Shown here piece after piece: positions 47,304 to 58,638 of a stretch of DNA of 64,000 nt. Both the position numbers and the translations under genes were made by a program. The DNA is from Polyangiales bacterium (GTDB lineage Bacteria; Myxococcota_A; Polyangia; Polyangiales; Polyangiaceae), in NCBI GenBank assembly GCA_038231275.1, contig JBBRLQ010000034.1:1-64000 (forward strand). The letters run 5' to 3'. Numbering within the stretch: the first letter of the stretch is position 1; each line of letters begins with the position of its first letter. Under the pieces are notes generated by a model. That model saw nothing but the letters and a program-made list of their open reading frames with translations, was not told the DNA's origin and searched no databases.

Positions 47304-47870
47304 TCAGGGGCAAGCGATCCAGAGCTTGCTTCCGACGACCGGATTCCCGGTCGGCGTGAATTCGATTTGCTGCGGGTAGTTCGCGCCCGCGCCGCCTTCG
47401 ACGTAGCACCAGCCGGCGCGGTCATCGCCCACGCACGCCCCGTCGCCCACCTCGGGGATCTGCGCCACCTCGCAGATCGGCACGCCATCGATCGCGGGCC
47501 CCTCGGTGCGTCGGATCGCATCGACGAACGGCGCCGCCGCCGGAGAGAGGCCGAGGTACTCGGCGCACGTCGTGGAGTCGCCGCGCTCCGGGAGGGCTGC
47601 GATCACCGAGCAAGAGGTGATGCCGTCTGCGCCGCGCGGGAGCTGTTGCGGAAGGCAGCCGCGATTCTGCACGAGGACGGAGACGAAGCGAACCTGCGCC
47701 GGGTCACCGCTCGAGGAGCCGCCGCTGGAGCTCGTCGATCCTTGGCCGCCGCTGCTGCCGCTCGCGCCGCTCGACCCTGTCCCTTCGGCGAGCGCCTTGC
47801 CGCCGCACCCGGCCAACCCTAGCGCTCCGAGCACGCCCGCGACCGCAAACCACCGGCGCACTCCTTCCAT
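47304..47870 (-). CDS. Cys-rich lipoprotein
   Basis: Lipobox LAGC, SG linker, CLP..L, GWCYV motif. Confidence 0.75.
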   Translation of the reverse strand: MEGVRRWFAVAGVLGALGLAGCGGKALAEGTGSSGASGSSGGQGSTSSSGGSSSGDPAQVRFVSVLVQNRGCLPQQLPRGADGITSCSVIAALPERGDSTTCAEYLGLSPAAAPFVDAIRRTEGPAIDGVPICEVAQIPEVGDGACVGDDRAGWCYVEGGAGANYPQQIEFTPTGNPVVGSKLWIACP

Positions 47871-47925
47871 GCAGCACCTCCGCCGACTGGATGGCCGAAG
47901 CGCCTTGCTTCCGTCGCGGCCGACG

Positions 47926-48996
47926 TTACTTCGGGGCCGCTGCCTCGGGTAACCAGGGGGATGGCCGCGGCATCGCGTCGATCCACGCGCGCAGCGTCGC
48001 GAGGCCCGCGTCGTCCGTCACGCGCGAGCCCACCGGGGGCATCTGCGCGCCCGGGTCTCCGCGCGTCGATGCCAGCCGAACGAGGAGACTCGCATCGGCG
48101 CGGCCTGGCGCGATGCGCGTCTCGCCCGCGTAGGCCGGCATCTTCGCGCCGACTCCGACGGTCGTGCGGACCACGTCGCGCGACGATACGTTCCACGCGC
48201 CGTCGACGACGAGCGCGAGGCGCAGGCCGGTCGCGTTCCCGGTCGCGTCGTCGTTCGCGTTGTGGCACGAGGCGCCGCAGTTGATGTGCAGCCACGCGAG
48301 CGCCGGCGCGCTCTTCTCGTCCGCGTCGCTCATGGGGAGCGTCCCCGACGGCGGCGGCGACGTGAGCCGGCCCTCCGCCGCGAGCGTCGACAAGGTGACG
48401 CCAGTCGCGCCGGCGCCGCCGAGCCCGAGCGCGTCGAAACCGAGGAGCCGCTCCCTGCGCCCTTCGTGGCACTTGTCGCACGCGTGCGTGTCCGGGACGT
48501 CGAAGCCGGTCCCGCGTGCGTCGGGCACGCCGTTGTCCACGCGCGTGGCGTGCGTCTCGTCGTCCGACCACACGTACGTGGCGCGCACCCACTTCGTGTC
48601 CGACACCTTCCAGAAGAAACGCGTCTCGATCCGCTTGCCCTTCGCCGTGAAGTCTTTCCACGCCTTGGTCCCCACCGGCATCACCCACGCGCCGGGGTCC
48701 GACGTGTCGATCGGGGCTGCCGGCAGCCGGATCCAGCGCTTCTTTTCGGCGCCGTCGCTGAAGAGCGGCGTCGAGGGCGCGTACTCGCGCACGCCGATCC
48801 CGAGCGTCATGCGTGCGGCGTCCGCGTAGAGGCCGGTGCACGCGAGATCGAGCGGCGCTCCGTCGGTGGCGCCGTCGCAGCCCTCCACGGCGGCCGCGCT
48901 CTGTCCGGGCGCGTCTTCGTGCGCCCCGCACCCGAGCACGCAGCACGAACCGGCCGCGACGATCGCGACGACCGCCAGCAGCGTCGCGCCCTTCAC
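47926..48996 (-). CDS. SO2930-like diheme c-type cytochrome lipoprotein
   Basis: PLFSDGAEKKRWI.LP, PVGT..WK.F, IETR, CDKCH, NCGASCHN, QMPP. Confidence 0.8.
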   Translation of the reverse strand: MKGATLLAVVAIVAAGSCCVLGCGAHEDAPGQSAAAVEGCDGATDGAPLDLACTGLYADAARMTLGIGVREYAPSTPLFSDGAEKKRWIRLPAAPIDTSDPGAWVMPVGTKAWKDFTAKGKRIETRFFWKVSDTKWVRATYVWSDDETHATRVDNGVPDARGTGFDVPDTHACDKCHEGRRERLLGFDALGLGGAGATGVTLSTLAAEGRLTSPPPSGTLPMSDADEKSAPALAWLHINCGASCHNANDDATGNATGLRLALVVDGAWNVSSRDVVRTTVGVGAKMPAYAGETRIAPGRADASLLVRLASTRGDPGAQMPPVGSRVTDDAGLATLRAWIDAMPRPSPWLPEAAAPK

Positions 48997-49766
48997 GGCC
49001 CCGCGTCTCCTCGATCCTGGTGCGGCGCGCCCCCGTCGTCGTGGTGCCCGTGCCCGCCGAAGTCGATCGGCCCCTGCGACTGCGGCTCGAGCGAGCGGAG
49101 GTAGGTGACGAGGCCGTGCTTCTCGTCCTCCGTCATCGACCACTTGTGAAGCTGGTGCCACCTGGCAAAGGGCATGATGCGCTGGGGAACTCCGGCGGGC
49201 TTGGTGCCCGTCGTCATGATGTTCACGATGTCGTCGTCGGAGTAGCCACCGGTTTGCATCGGCGTGTGCTCGACGTCCATCCCGCCGGCGGCGTGGCAGT
49301 TGGTGCACTGGAGGGACGGGTCGGGGTGATGAAAGCCGCCCGGCAGGATCGTCACGCCGTTCGTGTAGCGGGCCTTGCCGTTGTCGTACTCGGCAGCATC
49401 GGCCTTGCGCACGTTGATCTGCGCCGTCCCCTTGAGCGATCCCGCCTTGGCGGTGAGCGTCACCACGCCTACGCCCTTCGTCGTCATCATCACCTGGCTG
49501 CCGTCGGCGCTCGGCTCGAGGTCGACGAGGCTCGGGTCGGACACGCTCCACTTGATGCCGCTGACGCCGGTGACCATCGCCGGCAGCTTGAAGTCGTGCT
49601 TCCCGTCGAAGGCCGAGTAGCCGGACGGAAAGTAAATCTGGAGCGCGGCAGAGGTCTCTCCGCTGGAGAGGGTGTTGCTCGGCGCGGGGCTGCTGCAGCC
49701 GCCGACCGAGATCGTCGCGCACGTCGACGCCACCACCAAAGAGAGAACGCGGATCACGCTTGCCAT
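48993..49766 (-). CDS. Lipoprotein with Ig-like domain and monoheme cytochrome c
   Basis: GAGGAGG RBS, lipobox VGGC, YSAFDG.HDFKLP, CTNCH, LVTYLRSL. Confidence 0.8.
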   Translation of the reverse strand: MASVIRVLSLVVASTCATISVGGCSSPAPSNTLSSGETSAALQIYFPSGYSAFDGKHDFKLPAMVTGVSGIKWSVSDPSLVDLEPSADGSQVMMTTKGVGVVTLTAKAGSLKGTAQINVRKADAAEYDNGKARYTNGVTILPGGFHHPDPSLQCTNCHAAGGMDVEHTPMQTGGYSDDDIVNIMTTGTKPAGVPQRIMPFARWHQLHKWSMTEDEKHGLVTYLRSLEPQSQGPIDFGGHGHHDDGGAPHQDRGDAGP

Positions 49767-49827
49767 CACGGGCCTCCTCATCGTCACGAGCACGCGACAC
49801 ACCACGCGACGCGTGCACCATGACGAG

Positions 49828-49844
49828 AGCAACGCTCGTGCCTT
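49828..49844 (-). promoter_or_regulatory. Putative sigma54 promoter
   Basis: AGGCACGAGCGTTGCT. Confidence 0.65.
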
Positions 49845-50079
49845 GCGCCACGGAGCCGCGCGTCTCGCGTGCTGCGAGAGTTCTCCGTTCGGGGTGCGCG
49901 CGCCCGAGGCTTGACGCCGCTCGGCGTCGCCGCTCGGCTCCAAACCGCCACGTCGCGCGGCGGCCCCATGGATCCGCGCGGTGGATCGAGGACAGCGCGC
50001 GCGCGCCGCGCCGAACGCAGCCGCGGCGGCGTTCTCCAGCGGCAGTGTCCGGATCTGCGCGCGCGGCTACATCTTTCCA

Positions 50080-50095
50080 TGGCCGACAAGTTGCA
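50080..50095 (+). promoter_or_regulatory. Putative sigma54 promoter
   Basis: TGGCCGACAAGTTGCA; ATG 15 nt after the conserved C. Confidence 0.55.
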
Positions 50096-50108
50096 AAGTG
50101 CACGGGTC

Positions 50109-51302
50109 ATGAGAACGCAGCTGGGCCTCGCGTTGGCGTTCGTGGCGGCGATCGGGTGCTCGTCCGAGCCGGGCGCGCGGGGAGGCGCTCCTCCTCAGGT
50201 GAAAGAAGGAGCGCTCGCGCCGCGCATGGTGGGCGGCACTCCGTCGCCGAGCACGCACGACGCGGTGGTCGTCATCGCGATGGCCGACGGCTTCTGCAGC
50301 GGCACGCTCATCGCGCCGAACCTCGTCCTCACGGCACGTCACTGCGTGGCGCCGGTCGACGAGAGCACCGAGTGCGGGACGTTCGGCGCGGACAACGCGC
50401 CGGCGACCTTCACGATCGCGGTCGGCGCGTCGCAAGACCCGCAGAGCCCGCAGGCGTCGGCCAAGGGAATGCGCGTGATCGACGACGGTCAATCGGACGG
50501 CTGCTCGCACGACATCGCCCTGATTCAGCTCGATCACGACATCGCGGGCGCGCAGATCATCGCGGTCCGTCCGTCGCCCGTGACCAAGGCGGACGTCTTG
50601 ACCGCCATCGGCTACGGCGACGACGGCTATGGCCAGGTCACGCGCGGGCGCTACGAGCGCGGCGCCCTCGCGGTGCTCGCCGTTGGCCCGTCATCGTTCA
50701 CGTTCACGCAGCAAGCCGGGCAGACCATCCCGGTGACCGTTCCCGTCGGCGAGATCGCGACCGGCGAATCGACGTGCTTCGGGGACAGCGGCGGCCCGAT
50801 CCTCGACGCGCACGGCGCGATCGTCGGCGTCACCTCGCGCGGCGTCTCCGACAGCTGCCTCGACTCGCCGTCGATCTACAGCGACGTGGCCACGCACTAC
50901 GCGTTGATCGCGCAAGCGGCCGCGGCGGCTGGGCATCCGTTCCAAGCGCCGCCCGCGGTGGACGGCGGCGTCGGCGGGGGAGGTGGCGACGGCGGCGTGC
51001 CGCACAAGGACGGCGGCGGCGGCTCGGGCGGCGGCGGCGACGACGGCCTCGGCGACGGCAGCGGAGATCTTTCCCCCGGCGTGCCCGCGGTCGACGCCGG
51101 CGGCGCGAACGCCACGTCCGGCGGCCGCTTCGACGCCACGCCCAACCCGGGCTGCTCCGCGTCGCCCGCGCGCACGCGTGCGGGCGACGAAAGCGCCGCT
51201 CTGCTCCTCGGGCTCGCGGTCTTCGCTGCCGCGCTGAGCCGCCGCGCCCGTTCAGTGACTCTGCGGCAAGCTGTCCTTGAACTGGAGCACCCGCCCGCCT
51301 AG
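50109..51302 (+). CDS. Trypsin-like S1 serine protease with MYXO-CTERM-like tail
   Basis: CSGTLI, LTARHC, HDIAL, GDSGGP; C-terminal GCS...hydrophobic helix-RRAR. Confidence 0.9.
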   Translation: MRTQLGLALAFVAAIGCSSEPGARGGAPPQVKEGALAPRMVGGTPSPSTHDAVVVIAMADGFCSGTLIAPNLVLTARHCVAPVDESTECGTFGADNAPATFTIAVGASQDPQSPQASAKGMRVIDDGQSDGCSHDIALIQLDHDIAGAQIIAVRPSPVTKADVLTAIGYGDDGYGQVTRGRYERGALAVLAVGPSSFTFTQQAGQTIPVTVPVGEIATGESTCFGDSGGPILDAHGAIVGVTSRGVSDSCLDSPSIYSDVATHYALIAQAAAAAGHPFQAPPAVDGGVGGGGGDGGVPHKDGGGGSGGGGDDGLGDGSGDLSPGVPAVDAGGANATSGGRFDATPNPGCSASPARTRAGDESAALLLGLAVFAAALSRRARSVTLRQAVLELEHPPA

Positions 51303-52391
51303 CTGGTCGCCGACGTACGCGTTGCCGCGCGTGTCTGCGGCCACCGAGTGCGAGCCGTGGGGGATGTCGATCCGGCCGAGGATTCCCAGGCGCCCCTCGT
51401 CGGACACGCTGAGGACCGACAGGTGGTCCGAGTGGACGACGTACATGTGCGAGAGCTTCGCGCTGAACGCGACGATGTCGAGGATCGCGAATCCGACCGG
51501 AGCGATCTTGAGTGCCTTCGTGGAGATCAGGTTGCCGTCGGCGACGTTGATCGACGTTGCAACGCCCTCCGCGCACCCGACGAAGAGAAATCCGCGGGCC
51601 TCGTCGAGCGCGAGACCCTTGGCGCCCCTGCCGAGCTTCTCGTTGGGTGCCGCGCAGCCGTTCTTCCATTGCCCGACGATCTCGCGCGAACGTAGATCGA
51701 TCGCGATGGTGCCGCCGCTGCCGTGCGCGTAGGCGCGCTGGCGCGTCGAGTCGATGACGAGCGACTCGGGCCCGTCCGTGACCTTGATCGTCGCCGCGTG
51801 GACCGGCGTGGGTGTGTCGCCCTCCGGGACGGTGAAGATCTCGACTTGCGAGCCATCCGGCTCGGCGACCCACAGCTCGTCGTTGTCGCTCCCGCCGGGG
51901 CGCGCCGGAACGAAGCGTACGTAGTCCGGCGATGCGGCAAGCTTGACGGGCGTGCCCGCGACGCCGGCGCTGACGACGGCGATCGTTTCGGTCGTGCGAT
52001 CGGTCGCGAAGAGGAGCCCGCGCCCTTCGACCGCCGACGTGACACCGAAGTCGTGCCCGCCGCCGAGGTCGGCGGCGGCGGTGCTCAGCTTGTCGGGGCG
52101 CGCGCTGAAGCCGCCGATGGAGGTGACGCTGCGATCTGCCGGATTGATCAGGTCGAGGCTTCCGCTTCGTCCGGCGGGGACCAGGATGCGGTCGAGGCTC
52201 GCGCTGTATTGGAAATCGTCGAATCCGATTCCCGCGGCGCCTGCCGGCAGCTCGATCGCGGTTGGTTTGATCCCCAGTGTGGTGACCGCCTCGTCCCCCG
52301 CAGAGGAGGAGGAGTCATCGGCGCTGCCGCACGCGACGGCGAACGCGACCATGCACGAGGCGCCCAGCACAGAGACGTTCCTGTTTTTCAC
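51252..52391 (-). CDS. YncE-like beta-propeller lipoprotein
   Basis: Lipobox AVAC, GIGFDD, repeated beta-blades (GLALDEARGFLFVGC). Confidence 0.75.
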   Translation of the reverse strand: MKNRNVSVLGASCMVAFAVACGSADDSSSSAGDEAVTTLGIKPTAIELPAGAAGIGFDDFQYSASLDRILVPAGRSGSLDLINPADRSVTSIGGFSARPDKLSTAAADLGGGHDFGVTSAVEGRGLLFATDRTTETIAVVSAGVAGTPVKLAASPDYVRFVPARPGGSDNDELWVAEPDGSQVEIFTVPEGDTPTPVHAATIKVTDGPESLVIDSTRQRAYAHGSGGTIAIDLRSREIVGQWKNGCAAPNEKLGRGAKGLALDEARGFLFVGCAEGVATSINVADGNLISTKALKIAPVGFAILDIVAFSAKLSHMYVVHSDHLSVLSVSDEGRLGILGRIDIPHGSHSVAADTRGNAYVGDQLGGRVLQFKDSLPQSH

Positions 52392-52403
52392 GACGAAGGA
52401 GAA

Positions 52404-52420
52404 TGCACACATTGAACCAC
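52404..52420 (-). promoter_or_regulatory. Putative sigma54 promoter
   Basis: TGGTTCAATGTGTGCA; GTG start 14 nt after the conserved C. Confidence 0.45.
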
Positions 52421-52655
52421 ATGGCACCACCCACTTCAATTGCCTCATTTCAAGGAGATAGCGCGCCAGTCGCTCCAATAAGGATCCAGGGTGCGACAAA
52501 CACGCACCATCACCTACCCGGAGTCGCCGGGCCTTGTTCGTCACCTCCGATGGAGTCCTCCGGCGCGGGGAGCGACGAGTTGCCGGGGTGTACCATCGAG
52601 CGGCGCTGGATGCGGTCGAGGAACGACCTGTCCAACCCTCCCCCAGTCACCGCCC

Positions 52656-54557
<1,902 letters not shown>

Positions 54558-54588
54558 ACGTGAGGGCCTACCGCGTCAGGGCGGCGGG

Positions 54589-54774
54589 ATGAAGCGCGCG
54601 ACGAAGAACGTGCTTCGCTCGCAACCCTCTCATCTGCAGCGTCGGCGCCGGCTCGCGTCTCCCGCGGCCGAAGCCGAGAAGCGCGCTGCGCAGGTGGAGA
54701 TCCTGAAACGACTGAGCGTTCTCGATCAGGACGAGTACGACTGCCTGCGCAAGGCGTATCTCAGTCGTCTGTAA
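54589..54774 (+). CDS. Small hypothetical protein (61 aa)
   Basis: Fills the gap between genes; plausible codon use. Confidence 0.4.
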   Translation: MKRATKNVLRSQPSHLQRRRRLASPAAEAEKRAAQVEILKRLSVLDQDEYDCLRKAYLSRL

Positions 54775-54780
54775 GAAGCG

Positions 54781-55452
54781 TCACCCGCCGTCCCGGCAAT
54801 CTGCAGGACCGGCCGCACCGCCGCAGAGCGCGCACTTGCCGAGGATGCATCGGGGAGCGCCGAAGTACGGGCACGTGCATCCGCCGGGGCCCGGCGCGAG
54901 GCGCGTCTGGATGTCCTTCAGCGCCGCGTCGTACCGGCTTTTGCCGTCCACGTTGATGGTGGCGGCGGGGCACATGCACCACGGCGCGTTCGAGCAGAAC
55001 GTGCCACCGGTGACGGCGAAGCAATCGGGGTCGGTCTTGCAGCTCTGATCGTACGTCGACAGATCGAGATCGATGCACACGCTCGCGTCCGAAGGCGCGC
55101 GCGCGTCGACGCTCCCTCCGGCGTCAGGCGGCTCGGTGCAGATGGCCGTGTTCACCGCCGGCTTCCACGTGCCCTGCGTGCAGCTCACCGCCGGGCAGCT
55201 CTTGGTGCAAGCGTCGCAGGTCGGGTCGAAGCATCTGGTCCCCTCGGGCGCCGCGCACGCGCGCCCCAGCGCCGCGTTGGAGTCGACGTCGGCGGTGCTC
55301 GGGCATTGGCTCGCCGGGCTTGACCCGTCGGCGCCGCCGTCTGCCGGCACGCTCAGGTTGCCGCCGCACCCTGCGAGGGGCGCCGCGATCGCCATGACGC
55401 GAATCACGCGCCCCAGGCACAGTACGGCACGCGAAAGGACCAATCTCGTCAT
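54781..55452 (-). CDS. Cys-rich lipoprotein
   Basis: Lipobox LAGC; YDQSC..D.DC module; sigma54-like TGGCGCGCGGTTTGCG at 55467-55483. Confidence 0.75.
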   Translation of the reverse strand: MTRLVLSRAVLCLGRVIRVMAIAAPLAGCGGNLSVPADGGADGSSPASQCPSTADVDSNAALGRACAAPEGTRCFDPTCDACTKSCPAVSCTQGTWKPAVNTAICTEPPDAGGSVDARAPSDASVCIDLDLSTYDQSCKTDPDCFAVTGGTFCSNAPWCMCPAATINVDGKSRYDAALKDIQTRLAPGPGGCTCPYFGAPRCILGKCALCGGAAGPADCRDGG

Positions 55453-55527
55453 TGCGCGACCGCGAACGCAAACCGCGCGCCAGCGCGTTGAAGTCTCCCG
55501 CGCAGCCCTTCTGGTAGAACGACGGAG

Positions 55528-56466
55528 ATGCCGACTCGCAGCGCGCGCCCGAGGGTTCTCGTCACGGTCGTGGTGACGATGCTCGCCGCGAGCTGCTCCC
55601 CCACGAGCCCCGACAAGGCGCCCGTTCGTCTTTCCCCCATTCCGCTTGCCGCGCCGTCGCCCGTCGACGCGTCGGCGACTCCGTCCGCAGCAGCGGACGC
55701 CGGGCGCATCCTCGCATGGACCGACGAGGCGGCGGTCCTCGGGCTCACGCGCTCGTGCGCCTTTACCCCTCTCACGCGCGACCCTTCGCGCGAGGACCGG
55801 TCCAGCCTCAGCCCGCTCGCGTGCGACCTACGCTTCGAGCAAGCCTGCGTCGCCGACCCGTGCTTTCACGAAGACGAAGAGCACTGCAAGCAGGCGTGCG
55901 TGTCGACCTGCGGCGACTGCGGAGCGTCGTGCGTGTCGTCGTGCGACGCGTGCAAGAAGGGCTGCAACGACGACGCGTGCCGGCGAACGTGCGCGCAGTC
56001 GTGCGGCCAGTGTCGTCAATCGTGCCTGACGACGCGCGACAAATGCTCCACGTCGCATTGCATGGACGTCTACACGCAGTGCCGGCAGAAGCTCGTGGCG
56101 AGCTGGCTCACGAACAAATGCGACGCCGTCTGCGCGACGTGCACGAAGAAATGCGGCCCCAACGAGATGTGCGATTGCTGGGAGAAAGGGCCGGGGGCCG
56201 CCGCGTGCCACGCCAACCCGATGCTCTGCCCGGAGATGTTCATGGCCCCCGAGCGCCGCGAGCTCGACCCCAAATGGAAGGCGAACCGTTGCGAGGACGT
56301 GTGCGTCAAGATCTGGGCGTGCGCGAAGACGGCGTGCGAGAAGGCGAACTGCGTCGAGCCCGTGAAGATGTTCGACGGATGCTCGAGCCGCACCGCGGGC
56401 GCGGCGGTGTGCGGGGTCATTGGGCTCGCCGGCCTCACGCGCTGCCCGGAGCCCGCAGCGGAGTAG
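55528..56466 (+). CDS. Very Cys-rich lipoprotein (CxxxCxxC repeats)
   Basis: Lipobox AASC; more than 30 Cys in periodic spacing. Confidence 0.75.
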   Translation: MPTRSARPRVLVTVVVTMLAASCSPTSPDKAPVRLSPIPLAAPSPVDASATPSAAADAGRILAWTDEAAVLGLTRSCAFTPLTRDPSREDRSSLSPLACDLRFEQACVADPCFHEDEEHCKQACVSTCGDCGASCVSSCDACKKGCNDDACRRTCAQSCGQCRQSCLTTRDKCSTSHCMDVYTQCRQKLVASWLTNKCDAVCATCTKKCGPNEMCDCWEKGPGAAACHANPMLCPEMFMAPERRELDPKWKANRCEDVCVKIWACAKTACEKANCVEPVKMFDGCSSRTAGAAVCGVIGLAGLTRCPEPAAE

Positions 56467-56500
56467 AGATCAGGGCGCTCGAGAAGCGCGCCCGGCACGG

Positions 56501-57052
56501 TCAAAGCTCGGTTGTGAACGAGTCGCGGCGGCGGTTCGGCGGCCACGTCGTGACGCGCACGTTGCGATCTACGCAGGTAGAGATCTTGGCGATCGCCTTC
56601 TGCTCCGCCTTCACGGCCGCGGGCTTCGGGCGCTTGGTGGGCTTCGGCTTCTCGAGGCGGACGTCCACGGTGACGCCGATCGCGCGACCGTTTTGCACGG
56701 CCGTTTTGATCGTCACCTTCGCGCTCCTCGGCACATGGCAGCCCTGGAGCGCGCCGCCCATCGGTGACCAGAGCTGGACGTCGGTGAGGTGCGGGTGTCC
56801 GTCCTCGATGTCCACGGGCTCCGGGGTCGACAGCGCTTGGTCGTACGATGCCGTCGACGGCGAGCGCGATCGCTCCTCGGCGTCCGTCACGGCGATCGGC
56901 GGAGGGGACGGCGCGTCGTTCGAAGCGACGGCAACGTCCGGGCGCGCGGGCTCGGGAAAAGCCGCGGACGGCGGCGCGGGCGGAGGCGGCGGCGCGGCCG
57001 CACAGCCCACCAGCATCGTCACGAACGCCAGCGCCGCCCACCGAATGCGCAC
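56501..57052 (-). CDS. Putative lipoprotein
   Basis: Lipobox LVGC, Pro-rich linker, small alpha/beta domain. Confidence 0.65.
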   Translation of the reverse strand: MRIRWAALAFVTMLVGCAAAPPPPPAPPSAAFPEPARPDVAVASNDAPSPPPIAVTDAEERSRSPSTASYDQALSTPEPVDIEDGHPHLTDVQLWSPMGGALQGCHVPRSAKVTIKTAVQNGRAIGVTVDVRLEKPKPTKRPKPAAVKAEQKAIAKISTCVDRNVRVTTWPPNRRRDSFTTEL

Positions 57053-57265
57053 GCCTCAGCGTAGCCGACGAACGCGGGCTGCGCCGCGCGGGCGTGCGTT
57101 TCTGGCCGGCGCGTAACATTGCAGCGTGAGCGAACACCGGTCGTCCGACCAACACGCCGCGTAGCTCGAAGCCTTTCGCGATCCCGCGCCGCTGCTGCAT
57201 GGCCACCGAGTCGTCGCCGGGGGGCGTGTTGCGGCGGCGCCTGAGCGGTGCCACGTACGTAGACC

Positions 57266-57901
57266 ATGAAGCGATCTCCGTGTGTTCTTTGCGGCGCGCT
57301 GGCCTTGGTGGCGCTCGGCGCCGCGTGGGGTTGCTCTTCGAGCGACACCGCCGCGACCGCCGGCGACGCGGGGGCCGTCGATGCCGGCCGCGACGGCTCG
57401 GCCGACGGCGGGAGCGACGCTGCGGTCGCGGCCGACTCAGCCGGCGATGGTGCGATCGCGCAAGGCGATGCCGCGCATGGCGTCGTGTGTGGTGCGGCGG
57501 CCTGCACGGGCAGCGACGTGTGCTGCGCGATCGTGAGTGACGGCGGCGCTACGCCGTCGTGCCTGGCGAGCTGTCCGGCAGGCACCGCCATCGCGTGCGA
57601 CGGTCCGGAGGACTGCACGAACGGCGCGGCGAAGTACTGCTGCGGCACGCTGCAAACCAGCGCGGGCACGCCGCCGAGCTGCCCCATCATCGGCGTATCG
57701 ACCGAATGCCGGGCGACGTGCACGACCAACATCGCGCTCCAGTGCCCCGGCACGACCACGCTGCGTCAGTGCCACAAGACCGCCGATTGCGCGGACGATC
57801 CGCAGAACGACAAGTGCTGCACGTTCACGAGCGGCGGCCAGAGCTCGACGTTCTGCACCAGCGCCCTCGCGGCATCCACCGGCGGCGGCCAGTGCCTCTG
57901 A
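57266..57901 (+). CDS. Cys-rich lipoprotein
   Basis: Lipobox AWGC, DAG linker, CDGPEDC...CC modules. Confidence 0.75.
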   Translation: MKRSPCVLCGALALVALGAAWGCSSSDTAATAGDAGAVDAGRDGSADGGSDAAVAADSAGDGAIAQGDAAHGVVCGAAACTGSDVCCAIVSDGGATPSCLASCPAGTAIACDGPEDCTNGAAKYCCGTLQTSAGTPPSCPIIGVSTECRATCTTNIALQCPGTTTLRQCHKTADCADDPQNDKCCTFTSGGQSSTFCTSALAASTGGGQCL

Positions 57902-57956
57902 GGCCGAAAGAGACGAGCGGCCTTGGGCGTCAAGGGGTCGCCAAGCTTCAGGATGC

Positions 57957-58634
57957 TCACTGCTTCGTGTACAGCTCGCGTGTCAGCGTCGACGCCGACG
58001 GCGAGAGGAGCCATAGCTCCGCGCCCTTCACGGTGAAGGGCACGTTGGCTACTTGCTTGGCGTAGGGGCACGTCTCGGTGGTCGACAGAATCGTCGTGTA
58101 AGGCGCCCATGTCGCGCTGCTGGAGGTGAGGACCGGCGGTCCGCCGCTCGTCGTCGTCGAATCGGTCATGTCCACGTTCGTCGTGGTGAAGACGAGCGTG
58201 CGCCTAACGGTCAACCCGTCCGCCGCGCTCGCGTCGGCCTCCCCGCTTCCGCCCGTGTAGAGATCGCGCTCGGTCAGCACGTAGGTACCTGGCGCGATGG
58301 TGCCACCGGCGGGGGCAGCGGGGGCGCCGGCGAGCACCGTCTGGGCGATCCCCGCGCCGCCCGCCACGTTCGTGTTGCAGACCCTCGGCGCCGCGTCGAA
58401 GCCGCTGTCGGTGCTCCCGTCGCCCCCGCTCGTCCCGCTCGAGGCGCCGCTGCTGCCGCTGCTCCCGTCGACCGGCGGGAGGGCGCCCGCCGACGACGAG
58501 GTGGGCACCGATCCGTCCCCCGACGTCGCCGCCGGGTGACTCGACGACGAGCACGAGAACACGAGCGCGGCCCCGAGGGCACTCACCGCGGCGATGAGGA
58601 GCCCGCGCCCGATGTTGTTTTTTCGAAGGCTCAT
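57957..58634 (-). CDS. Putative lipoprotein
   Basis: Lipobox VFSC, S/G linker, GGTIAPGTYVLT beta domain; 4 bp downstream of the large gene. Confidence 0.75.
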   Translation of the reverse strand: MSLRKNNIGRGLLIAAVSALGAALVFSCSSSSHPAATSGDGSVPTSSSAGALPPVDGSSGSSGASSGTSGGDGSTDSGFDAAPRVCNTNVAGGAGIAQTVLAGAPAAPAGGTIAPGTYVLTERDLYTGGSGEADASAADGLTVRRTLVFTTTNVDMTDSTTTSGGPPVLTSSSATWAPYTTILSTTETCPYAKQVANVPFTVKGAELWLLSPSASTLTRELYTKQ

Positions 58635-58638
58635 GCTC

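Noticed and set aside
47869..47886. GG-N10-GC motif upstream of the 47870 gene
   Set aside because: Overlaps the GGAGG RBS and abuts the ATG; better explained by the RBS and chance
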